Position numbers and translations under genes: made by a program. Shown one piece after another: positions 7,115-15,423 of a stretch of 32,000 nt of DNA. Each line of letters begins with the position of its first letter. Position 1 is the first letter of the stretch. This stretch comes from an uncultured Chloroflexia bacterium (GTDB lineage Bacteria > Chloroflexota > Ktedonobacteria > Ktedonobacterales > JADMIN01): assembly GCA_963718915.1 (NCBI GenBank), contig CAVRAI010000013.1:1-32000 (forward strand). The letters run 5' to 3'. Under the pieces are notes generated by a model. That model saw nothing but the letters and a program-made list of their open reading frames with translations, was not told the origin of the DNA and searched no databases.

Positions 7115-8160
7115 CACACATGCTCCTTTCTGCCGCGCGCGATGAATGCCTGATAATCGGGGTCGCTCGCGAATGCCTCCCGCTCTGCCTCCCGCTCTGC
7201 CTCGGCTGCCAGCTCGTGCATGCGCTCCTCTGTTTGGTCTGAGAACCTCGCGAGATCGGGCGCCACTGGCTCGCCATCTAGCGTGTATTCGCCGCGTTCC
7301 CAGCGCGCCACGTACTCGCACAATGGGCAGACCAGGCCAGACGCTGACTCGCCGATGACCAGCAGCCAGGGATGCACGCGGCAACGGGCGGGGGGCGCAA
7401 CATGCGCCGCCTCCGCTTCGAGATCGAGGCAGGACGCGCAGACACCAAACGGCACAACGACATCGACGGGCGCCAGCTCGCCACAACCGGGGCAAGGACA
7501 GATAGGCAGATCCGCGACATTTGCCGCGCCTTCTGAGGCAGCCAACGGGGCCGCCTCCATTAACCAGTCTGGGAGAGCATCGATCACAACCCGCGCGCGA
7601 TATTCGGCGGGATAGCGCACCGGATCGCCGCCGCGATGCGCCAGCCGCACGCCATCGCGCAGGATATAGAACGCCTGTTCTTCTCTGGCAAACTCGACGC
7701 TGTAGCGCGCCCACTCTGCCGCGACGCGCTCCGGGCCAGCCGCCGCAACAACGGCCGGGCCAGCGGGCGAAGGTGGCTTCGGGTCGGGATCGGGGGCCGA
7801 AGCCCCCAACCCAACACCGACACCAGCGCCAAACGACGGCACGGCGACACCAGCCGCCGCCAGCAACCAGAACCGCACAGCCTGCGCATGCGCGCAAGAG
7901 AGCGCGCCAGACGGCCCACGTCGACGCGGGCAACCGCACAAGAGCCGCCGCCCGGAAGCCGACAGCCAGACAAACGAGACGGCGCCAGACGAGGGCGAGC
8001 CAACCAGCCAGAAATGCGCGCCAGCGGGAGCGCCAGCAGCGGGCGAGGCCAGCACACCAGACGACACCACAGACAAGCCCTCGGCTTGCGCGATCAATTG
8101 GCAACGCCGCACATGCGCCAGCTCGACAGCCGACAAACCAGAAAAGACGGATGACAACAC
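7114..8160 (-). CDS. Membrane-anchored protein with Pro-rich linker and Cys-rich (CPCPGCG..CxxC..CPLC) cytoplasmic domain
   Basis: ORF track 7114..8187. Preferred start is GTG 8160, 6 nt after GAGGAGG; the ATG at 8178 has no SD. The N-terminal ~140 aa contain almost only F/L/V/A/G/S/R/C/W. The C-terminal 200 aa have normal composition. Confidence 0.65.
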   Translation of the reverse strand: MLSSVFSGLSAVELAHVRRCQLIAQAEGLSVVSSGVLASPAAGAPAGAHFWLVGSPSSGAVSFVWLSASGRRLLCGCPRRRGPSGALSCAHAQAVRFWLLAAAGVAVPSFGAGVGVGLGASAPDPDPKPPSPAGPAVVAAAGPERVAAEWARYSVEFAREEQAFYILRDGVRLAHRGGDPVRYPAEYRARVVIDALPDWLMEAAPLAASEGAANVADLPICPCPGCGELAPVDVVVPFGVCASCLDLEAEAAHVAPPARCRVHPWLLVIGESASGLVCPLCEYVARWERGEYTLDGEPVAPDLARFSDQTEERMHELAAEAEREAEREAFASDPDYQAFIARGRKEHV

Positions 8161-8209
8161 GGGAAACCTCCTCGACATAGACAACAAATAGATTACCTTG
8201 TCTTAATAC

Positions 8210-8238
8210 ATGATACCATGAACTCAAATAGAGTGCAA
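8210..8238 (-). promoter_or_regulatory. Sigma-70-type promoter of the leftward early operon (TTGCAC-17-TATCAT)
   Basis: Minus-strand -35 TTGCAC (8238-8233) and -10 TATCAT (8215-8210) with a 17-nt spacer, inside the only AT-rich block (8185-8280) of the region. Confidence 0.55.
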
Positions 8239-8280
8239 TGAGAAATGACTGGCGAATATACCTAATTTGACTAGGTAAAT

Positions 8281-8690
8281 ATGCGTAGCACAGCGCCTCG
8301 ACGCCAGGCGGGGACGGGGTCGGGGGCAAGCGGAGCGGCAAGCGGACAGCAAGCAACGGGCGGGTTCGCCAGGTGGAGCCAAAAAACGCCTTCGACCGCA
8401 GGCCGCAAACAGGGGGGCGCGACCTCCACCTGCGAAGAGGCGGACGCCAGCAACCGGACGCCAGCCCGGAGGCAAACCCGGACGCCAGCCCGGAGGCAAA
8501 CGACGGGGCGCGATCTCCGGCCGAGCAGGAAAACGACGCTCGACCGCAGGCCGCAAACAGGGGGGTGGAAATCTGGCTCCAGCGCGCGGACAGGCAGAAG
8601 CGCCGCCCACCGGCACACGCGAACGGGCGGAACTCTGGCCAGAGCACAAAACAACCCAAAAAAGAAAGAAAAAAAACGACGCCTTTAACA
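8281..8690. other. T-depleted (~5% T) purine/C-rich tract with iteron-like repeats and an A-tract; non-coding candidate (origin or ncRNA)
   Basis: Hand count gives ~20-25 T in ~410 nt. Perfect 26-nt direct repeat at 8392-8417 and 8540-8565. A 24-nt tandem duplication at 8454-8501. A-rich run at 8641-8678. All six frames are open only because stop codons cannot form. Confidence 0.5.
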
Positions 8691-8713
8691 CAACGCAGGC
8701 TGTCAAGGGCGGG

Positions 8714-8743
8714 CTGGCCTGTGTTGCGCCTGCGGCAGGCCAG
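8714..8743. other. Stem-loop ctggcctg/caggccag (8 bp, 14-nt loop) closing the T-depleted tract
   Basis: Read directly. Confidence 0.5.
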
Positions 8744-8754
8744 ACCGGGCGTAG

Positions 8755-8783
8755 CCTTTACCCTTGATAGCCGGTGTTATACT
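8755..8783 (+). promoter_or_regulatory. Possible extended -10 promoter (TGtTATACT), weak -35
   Basis: TG at 8775-8776 and TATACT at 8778-8783. No convincing -35 and no obvious downstream gene. Confidence 0.2.
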
Positions 8784-9090
8784 GAAAAGGCGTTTTTTTG
8801 TTCTAACCTCCGATCAGGTCTGGAAAAATCCTCACGGGTGGCTTCGGGTCACCATTTATGGCAAACGGTGGAGCGAAGAATACAGTTGGCTTGCGGTGGC
8901 CTTCGCCCTCGTTGCTTACCGTTAGCCTATGCGCCAGCAAAACACGCCTGGATCATGGGTTCGGCTTATCCGCAGGTCACGGCGGCGGGGTGGGGCATAC
9001 TTATCCACCGGCTCAACTGCCGGCTCAACTACTGGCTGCAGAGCTGCCCGCAGGTCGCGGATGGTCATTATTGGTTCACTACGGCTTCGG

Positions 9091-9169
9091 CCACTGGCTT
9101 GGACCACTGGCTCGACCACTGGCTCAACCACTGGCTAACCACTGGCTCAACCACTGGCTTGACCACTGG
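9091..9169. repeat. Array of 7 direct repeats CCACTGGCT(N)NA, ~12-bp period (spacings 13, 12, 12, 11, 12, 12)
   Basis: CCACTGG starts at 9091, 9104, 9116, 9128, 9139, 9151 and 9163, read directly. Confidence 0.9.
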
Positions 9170-9219
9170 TCGCCGCTAGGTTCCCCGTAGGTCGTGCTGG
9201 TTCTCTTCTTAGCGTCCCC

Positions 9220-9248
9220 TTGACGTAAGTAGCTAGACATGGTACTGT
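9220..9248 (+). promoter_or_regulatory. Candidate late-operon promoter (TTGACG-17-TACTGT)
   Basis: -35 at 9220-9225, 17-nt spacer, -10 at 9243-9248. About 270 nt upstream of the protease gene. Confidence 0.4.
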
Positions 9249-9403
9249 TGTTCTAGTTGGTTTGCTCCGTTAACGCAGGCGAGCAGGTAACGTGAAGTTG
9301 CCGCCTTATCTGACTACCTCCGATGTTGACAGCACGGGGGCCAGGTGGGGCGGCTCTTTGTGTTTCCGGGCAGGTGAAGTGGCGGATGCGGTTGGAAGTG
9401 GAT

Positions 9404-9436
9404 GGCGGCGGATAGCGGCAGATAGCGGCAGATAGC
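9404..9436. repeat. Tandem repeat GATAGCGGC(A/G), 10-bp unit x ~3, in the late leader
   Basis: Read directly: units at 9411-9420 and 9421-9430, a partial unit at 9431-9436, and a degenerate unit at 9404-9410. Confidence 0.85.
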
Positions 9437-9517
9437 TCAGGGGGTGGTTGAAGTGGCGGGGAGGAATCATCCTAGGAATCCCAGGCGGCATGTGCGGAAT
9501 GCGCGAGATGTGCGCTT

Positions 9518-10113
9518 GTGAATGTCACGCGGTCGGCGGGCGTGGCGTCGGCCCCTGAGCAATCTGCTGCTCCTCACATCACGCGGGAAATCACGCGGGC
9601 GGTGCTGCCGTGCGAGATTCGGATCGTGGACGAGGAGAAGCGCGAGATCGAGTTGTGCGCCACGAGCGAGGCCAAGGACAGCTACGGCACGTCTTTGGCT
9701 ACGATGCCAGCAAAGACGCCTTCGACCGCTGGGCCGGGAACGTGCGTGAGATGCACAACCGCGTGGCTGTTGGTCGCCGGGTGGCTGTTCGCCACGACGA
9801 TGCCGCGCGCCGCATCTACGTCCGTATCCGTGTCAGCAAAGGCGCTCAGGATACCTGGGAGAAAGTCAAAGACGGCACACTCGCGGGCGCATCTATTGGC
9901 GCATCGGATGTGTTGTGGCAGAATCAGCGCATTGCGGGCGAGGATGTGCCGGTCGCCACACGCTACGATCTGGTGGAGTTGTCGCTCGTTGACCTGCCCT
10001 CGAACCCGGATGCGCTGGGCGTGACGTTCGTGAGAGCTTCGTTCGGGATGGCGTGCCGGATGATGAACTGCTCGCCGACCTGGAATCTACTGAAGTTGAT
10101 GCAGCCGGGATAG
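9518..10113 (+). pseudogene. HK97-family prohead (maturation) protease, frame-disrupted near 9690
   Basis: The N-terminal part sits in ORF 9518..10024 (..CEIRIVDEEKREIELCATSEAKDSYGT). The rest sits in ORF 9610..10113 (VFGYDASKDAFDRWAGNVREMHNRVAVG...GTLAGASIGASDV...YDLVELSLVDLPSNPDA). Restoring one G at ggcacg^tc joins them. Motif layout resembles Peptidase_S78. Confidence 0.8.
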
Positions 10114-11699
10114 CCGATGACCATTCCCAGGACAGTGCGCAGGCTCGCGCTGCCGCTACGGTGATACCTACGGCGGATACGTCAGACGCTCCGGCTGCCG
10201 CCAATGGCTCGTCCTCTGGCTCAACTACGTTCACCGAGCGGGATGGGTCGCTCTCGACGGAAGATCCCGCTGAACTGATCGCGCGCCGCCGCACTCGCAC
10301 GCGGCCAGTCGCAATTGGCGGATGGTTCGGGTTCGGCGTCTCTTACCGAGCCGACGGCTGTCTCGGCCAAAGCAAAACGGCTGGCCGCCCTTGGCGCTCC
10401 GGGCTACGTAGTGGCTGCGGATCGAGTTCTGTATCTGCCGCTGATCCGCTGCGGATGACGCGCGCGCCGCTACTCAGTCCAGCGCCGGGCGAGGGCGCCA
10501 CTGGCTACGGGGTGAATCAGCCCCTTGATATAGATGGCGACCATGAAGAGCCGGACGATTACGTCACCATTCAGTCCGGCCCCACGGCTGGCGCGGTCTT
10601 CGCTCCCTCGCCCGCTGAGAGCGTCGCGCATATGGCCCATGCCCACCACCACACCGGGCAGTACGACGACCCCAGCGATCACCGGGAGAGCAGCCCGCAC
10701 CAGCATCTCGACGGGACATCGCACGCGCATGATCATGTCATGGATCACAACCACGGCGGACATGAGGGCGTCCCGAACGGCCACACGCACCCGCATATCC
10801 ACGTCCCGGCCCATGACCATTACTTCCGCGTCGCCGATGGCTCCGCCACTGGATGCCAGACTCGTCACAGGCGAGCAGGCACGCACCCATGAATTCGTCA
10901 GTTCGGCTGCATTTCGCGCCGCTGGCGGCATCGAGGGCCAGCCTATGACGGCAGAGCAGTATCGTACCGCCGTCGCCGAAGAGCTTCGGATTATTCAATC
11001 ACTTCCTCAGACGCGCGCACTAGGGCCATACAGTCGGAATCCCGACGGGCCTGCCGATGCGGGGACGCCTGACGAGGCTCCGATCGCACCCTCAGAAGAT
11101 ATGGGTCAGACGCCAGATGGTAACGCTGGGGTTCCAGCTTTGGACATGGCGAACCTGGAAGAAGACCTGCGCCGCACAGGGCACTGCCCACTCTGCCACG
11201 GTCAGGTACGCGCGCTCGACCGCGACGGCAACCCAATCGCCGGGGCTGACGCCAACGGCGCGGTAGCAGGTGACGCGGGTAAGCGCAGGCCAGTCGGATA
11301 CCAGCGTGCCAGCAGACGGCTGGAATGGTCGCACGGTTGTCGCTGAACTCACGCGCGCCATGCAGGATACCATCAGGCCGCAATACGCTGCGTTGGCTGG
11401 TAGACTACAAGACTTCTCGGCACGTCTCGCCGCGTATCGAGCAGACGCCGCAATCGGGTGGCCCGGTGCTGCACGCCGCTGACCGTGGCTCAGCCTTCGC
11501 CGCCGGAGCTTCGGGTGGGTACGGTTCGGCAGGGCAGCCAAACGGCAATAGCCAGTATGACGCCCTCGCCGCGCTCGCCGGGAAGATCAAAGACCCGCAG
11601 GCGCAGACAGCGGTGGCCGCTGAAATGATTCGGATGCAGCAGGAAGCCGCTGGGATGCCCGCTGGATTCCAGGTGATGCCGCGCGCGGGAAATCGCTAG
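10053..11699 (+). CDS. Scaffold-like region (acidic N-terminus, His-rich tract, coiled-coil C-terminus); one or several genes, frame ambiguous
   Basis: Protein-like pieces lie in three frames: ORFs 10053..10892, 10534..11346, 11270..11482 and 11325..11699. Examples are ..AELTRAMQDTIRPQYAALAGRLQDFSARLAAYRADAA.. and ..YDALAALAGKIKDPQAQTAVAAEMIRMQQEAAGMPAGF.. Its position between protease and capsid fits a scaffold. Confidence 0.5.
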
Positions 11700-11708
11700 C
11701 CCGGCAGA

Positions 11709-11770
11709 AACGGTGGGGATCGAGGATCGCCCGGTCTGGATCGCCAGTTGGAGGGCCGCAGCCCGACACC

Positions 11771-11776
<6 letters not shown>
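11709..11776. repeat. Repeat family A, copy 2
   Basis: Matches 3088-3158. Lies immediately after the scaffold-region stop (11697-11699). Confidence 0.85.
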
Positions 11777-11887
<111 letters not shown>

Positions 11888-11946
11888 ATTCGTTCGATTT
11901 GATTGAGAGATAGAGAGATAGATGGGGTTGGGGGGAACTTAGCAAG

Positions 11947-13490
11947 ATGTCTACAGCACAGTTGTACGCGGGCGGGAAACCTGGCCCGACGATTTCGGAT
12001 GAGACGGTGACGTTGGTACGCGCCGCGATGGCGGACACGACCCGCGCGATTAATACCGCGACGGGCTTCATTGGCTACGAGCTTGAGGCTCCGGCCAAGG
12101 TGATTGTGCCAGTGATTACGCCACTGGTGAACCTGATCCCACGCCGCAAGGGCAAGGGCATCGACACGGTTCACTGGAAGGCGATCACCAGCTTTGATAC
12201 AGGCCGCAGTTGGGGCACCCTCGCGGATGGCGGCTCGCCCTCGCAGGTAGCCTACTCGGTGGTTTCGATGAGCAACACGATGCAGACCATCGCCGTCGGC
12301 AACAAAGTGAGCTTCCAGGCGCAATGGCGCGGTCGCTCGCTCGAAGCCGATGTGCGCGCACGCCGCACCGCTGAACTGCTCTACCAGCTGAAGATCACCG
12401 AAGAGCGCTGGCTGCTGGGAGCTTCCGCCTACCTCATGGTTCCACCGGCTCCGCTCGTCAGCGAGACAGCGGCCACGGGTGGACATGCCTCGGACAGCCA
12501 CGACCTACTGGGTTAAGGTCACCGCGATCAACGCCCAGGGTGAGACAACGGGTAGCGCGGCCACTTCAGTCGCCACGCCCGCGAACTCTGGTGGCAACAC
12601 CGGCGTCTTGCAGGTGACGATCTTCACCGTGCCGAACGCGACCGGCTACAACGTCTACATCGGCTCAGGCGCGACGTTGCCCGCCGATCAGCGCGATGTG
12701 GCTCCAGTCTGGTGTTTCGGGCAACACGAATGCCGCGCAGCCCGCGATTGGCGCGAATGTCACCCTGGCGGATGGGATCACCATCATGCCGTCTGGTGAG
12801 GTGCAGCCAGCCATTAAGGTGGTCAGCGCTACCGCCGCGATTGCTACGTCGGGCACCGCGCTCTCCAGCGTCTCAGCCAACACGGCCAAGACCTTCGTGG
12901 ATGGCTCCTCGAACATCCTCATGTGGGATGGCATCATCGCGCAGGCGTTGAACAACACCGGCACCGGCAACGGCGCGACGCTCGGCTCACAGGTTGCCCG
13001 GACAGCCGGGACAGATGGCAAGCTCCAGTTGACGGACATTGACAACCTGCTCGCGGGCATGTACCTCCAGGCGGCAGGCGACCCCGATTACATCATCATG
13101 AACCCGCTGGACAACGTACGGCTGACCAATCTGGTCGTCGGCGCGGGCCAGTTGCGTTACGTGGTGCAGTCCACTGGTGGGGATCAGGGCGACCTGACGG
13201 CGCAGTACCGCGTCACCCGGTATCTCAACAAGTCCACCGGGAAGGAAATGCCGATCATCCTGGATCGTTACTGCCCACAGGGCGTGATGGTCTTTCTGCC
13301 AATGAGCATCCCGTTCCCCGTCGCGGAGCAGAACGCCGCCGTCGAAGTCGAAACGAACCAGGAATACTGGGGCGTCGACTTCGCCATTACTGACTCGAAC
13401 TTCAGCTTCGCCGATTACGTGGATAGCACCGTCAAGGTGTACTTCCTCGGCGGACTGGGCGTCCTGCGAGGCATCGCGCCCGCATTCTAG
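11947..13490 (+). pseudogene. Major capsid protein, HK97 fold, with FN3/Ig-like insertion; two frame disruptions (~12485, ~12689)
   Basis: Three consecutive ORFs: 11947..12516, 12479..12799 and 12696..13490. The last contains ..GDPDYIIMNPLDNVRLTNLVVGAGQLRYV..YWGVDFAI..KVYFLGGLGVLRG. The middle piece TATTYWVKVTAINAQGETTG..NATGYNVYIGSG looks FN3-like. Confidence 0.85.
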
Positions 13491-13567
13491 GGTCTTCTGA
13501 ATCTGAGGGGCGGGCGTGATGACCCTGCCCTGATAAATCGCGTTACCAATTGAGTTTACAGCTACGG

Positions 13568-13591
13568 GCCGGTCAGTGCTAGCTAACCGGC
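13568..13591 (+). terminator. Stem-loop gccggt/accggc after the capsid gene (a second imperfect hairpin lies at 13508-13530)
   Basis: Read directly. No U-tract. Confidence 0.25.
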
Positions 13592-13632
13592 TGGCTCTCG
13601 CCTACTTTAGGGAGGGATGGTGATGGCGACGT

Positions 13633-13905
13633 ATGTTGAATCTTTTAGCAAAGGCGCATCTCTACGCCAACCTGACGCCGGGCGAGCGGGCGCTACTGAA
13701 AATCATTGAGGGGTTGGCCGTTAGCGCCATCATTGCGGGGCTGGTGGCCGTGTTGCCAGCGGTGAGCACGCAGAACGTCGCCGCGATCAACTGGATGGCG
13801 GTGGCCTCGGTCTTCGCCGCCGCTGTCGGTAAGACGCTCTACGATGGCGTCAGCAAGTACTTCAAGAGCTTTGGTGATCCGCCACTGCCTCGCTCCGCCT
13901 GCTAG
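13633..13905 (+). CDS. Small membrane protein (90 aa, 2 TM)
   Basis: ORF track. Hydrophobic segments GLAVSAIIAGLVAVLPAV and WMAVASVFAAAVG. The GGAGGG at 13612-13617 is better placed for an out-of-frame ATG at 13623, so the start is uncertain. Confidence 0.55.
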   Translation: MLNLLAKAHLYANLTPGERALLKIIEGLAVSAIIAGLVAVLPAVSTQNVAAINWMAVASVFAAAVGKTLYDGVSKYFKSFGDPPLPRSAC

Positions 13906-13980
13906 CTCCGCCAGATGGCGTAGCTGCCGATGGCGAATCACTGAATGGCAATACCGGGCGCGTAGAGGGGACTGGCTGGC

Positions 13981-14258
13981 ATGTCGATGTGGTGGGGTAA
14001 ACAATCCGTGAATGAGGCGGTGCTGGCGGAGTTGCGCGAGATTCGCGTGGAGATTCATGCGCTGACGGAGCAGCTGGGGAAAGCGGCCACACGCGAGGAT
14101 CTGAAAGGCTACGTCACACAGGCGTCATTTGACCACCACTCGAATCGCACAACAAGGGCATTGAGAACTGGCGGACATGGCTGCCTTGGGCTGTCATGGT
14201 GGTACTGACACTGTTTGAATTGCTGAGTGGGCATGCATCCAAACTGCTCGGAGGGTGA
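13981..14258 (+). pseudogene. Small protein with coiled-coil N-terminus and C-terminal TM helix; frame slip near 14140
   Basis: ORF 13981..14208 (..VLAELREIRVEIHALTEQLGKAATREDLKGYVTQASFDHH) continues in the next frame as ..NKGIENWRTWLPWAVMVVLTLFELLSGHASKLLGG, with the stop at 14256-14258. Confidence 0.5.
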
Positions 14259-14285
14259 AACAGGGTGAACCGTGGAGGGTGACGT

Positions 14286-14371
14286 ATGGAGATGGCTGGT
14301 ATCCTGCTGCTGCTGGCGCTGTGGATACTGCTCATCTTCTGGTCGGTAGACGTGGATGCTCGTAGAAGTGA
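14286..14371 (+). CDS. Very small TM peptide (~28 aa; end uncertain)
   Basis: ATG 14286 lies 7 nt after GGAGGG; MEMAGILLLLALWILLIFWSVDV.. A stop at 14369-14371 is reached only after a 1-nt slip; otherwise the frame runs on as low-complexity sequence. Confidence 0.4.
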
Positions 14372-14382
14372 GGTGAGTGGGG

Positions 14383-15332
14383 ATGACAACCGGATTGGGC
14401 CTCTCGGCCTATATCGACGTGCCGACGTACCTGCGCGCGCCGATCAATCAGGAAACAGCCTCGCTGCTGGGCATGAACACGACCAGCACGGAGCAGGCGG
14501 ACACAGGCAGCCGCTACCACCGCCTTCGCCGTCGCCTCCTCGACCTCGTGGACAGCAGGGCCAGCCTGGATACTCGACGGGCACCAGCGTCGGAGGTCGT
14601 GACAATCACTGGCTCCGCAGATGGCACACACGTCACCCTCGCCAGCCCCGGTACTGCGTTTGCCCACAGTGCGGGCGCAAGCATCTCACAAGGCGGCAGC
14701 AAGGGTAGCCTCGCCGAGAGTGATCCTGCGAGCCTGCGCCTGGATCGAGAACTATTGCCAGCAGGGCACAGCCGGTGGGGATCGGTCACTGTTTGCTCTT
14801 GCTCGGACAGAACGCTGGGGTATGCCCACGCACACGCGCATGGATAGATCGTGATTTCGTCGTCAGTGTGCGCCCAGGTCACTTCCCGGTGCAATCGCTC
14901 GCCAGCCTGTAGATTGAGCTTGGACAGGGGACAAGCCTCGCCCTTGACGTGAGCCAGCTTGAACTTGCGACCGTTGGGCGGTTGGTGGAGATCCCGTATC
15001 TGCTTGCAGACGACGCCCACAGTGGGACGCGCAGCTGCTGCTCGAAACACGGGGACTCTCGCGCGCCACGACGGCAGTGGGCAGTGCTGACCTACACAGG
15101 CGGCGTCACCTACACCACAGCCGGTAGCGTGCCGTATGACATCCAGCAGGCCGCGATCTGGGTCACATCGGACATGCTGGCGCTACGGGCGAACCCGACG
15201 GGCGCCGCTGAAGTGGTGCTCGGCAAACGTAACCATGTCTTCCGCCAGCGCGGCGATACCGTCGGTGATAGCATCCTCCTGCTGCGCGCCCACGATGCGC
15301 TCCAGCCGTACAAGAGCGAGGTGTGGTCATGA
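14383..15332 (+). pseudogene. Head-tail connector/adaptor region (gp6-like), spread over three frames with an in-frame TAG at 14910-14912
   Basis: ATG 14383 follows GAGGTGAG. Pieces: MTTGLGLSAYIDVPTYLRAPINQE.. (frame 1), ..VILRACAWIENYCQQ.. (frame 2), and ..VSVRPGHFPVQSLASL*IELGQGTSLALDVSQLELATVGRLVEI...LTYTGGVTYTTAGSVPYDIQQAAIWVTSDMLAL.. (frame 0, ORF 14949..15332). Confidence 0.5.
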
Positions 15333-15423
15333 ACGGGATGATCGCCTACCAGAGTTGTCGCCAGCCACGCAACTGGCTCATTGTCCTGCTCTGGCGCTTC
15401 CGTTACACGGAGGGGAGATACAG

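Noticed and set aside
6896-8659. 587-aa ORF on the minus strand, plus the overlapping long ORFs 7521..8180+, 7636..8154+, 7584..8057-, 8224..8706-, 8271..8654- and 8373..9179+
   Set aside because: These are artefacts of strand composition. With ~5% T on the plus strand no stop codon can form in any frame. The translations are Arg/Pro/Cys/Gly low-complexity, and the long ORF runs straight through the AT-rich promoter block. Only the last 72 codons (6896..7114) and the 7114..8160 frame look real.
8281-8688. 135-aa extremely basic ORF (MRSTAPRRQAGTGSG...NNPKKKEKKRRL) as a histone/protamine-like gene
   Set aside because: Not called as a CDS. The SD is weak, and the two 26-nt repeats fall in different frames, so conservation is at the nucleotide level. 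Any frame here would give a similar product. It is kept as an alternative under the T-depleted-tract finding.
8922-9131. Minus-strand ORF MTIRDLRAALQPVVEPAVEP.. as a small regulator
   Set aside because: There is no SD, and its upstream extension merely translates the CCACTGG array. Composition is unconvincing. It cannot be excluded, but it is not supported.
9091-9169. Possibility that the tandem arrays (here, 24294-24347 and others) are CRISPR arrays
   Set aside because: The repeats are contiguous 6-15-bp units without unique spacers, and no cas genes are present.
9326-9331. Perfect TTGACA -35 hexamer in the late leader
   Set aside because: No -10-like hexamer lies 16-18 nt downstream; the sequence there is GC-rich.
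14514-15050. 178-aa minus-strand ORF with a partly protein-like N-terminus
   Set aside because: The plus strand here carries gp6-like connector motifs (VSVRPGHFPVQSLASL, LDVSQLELATVGRLVEI) in operon context, so the minus ORF is an antisense shadow.
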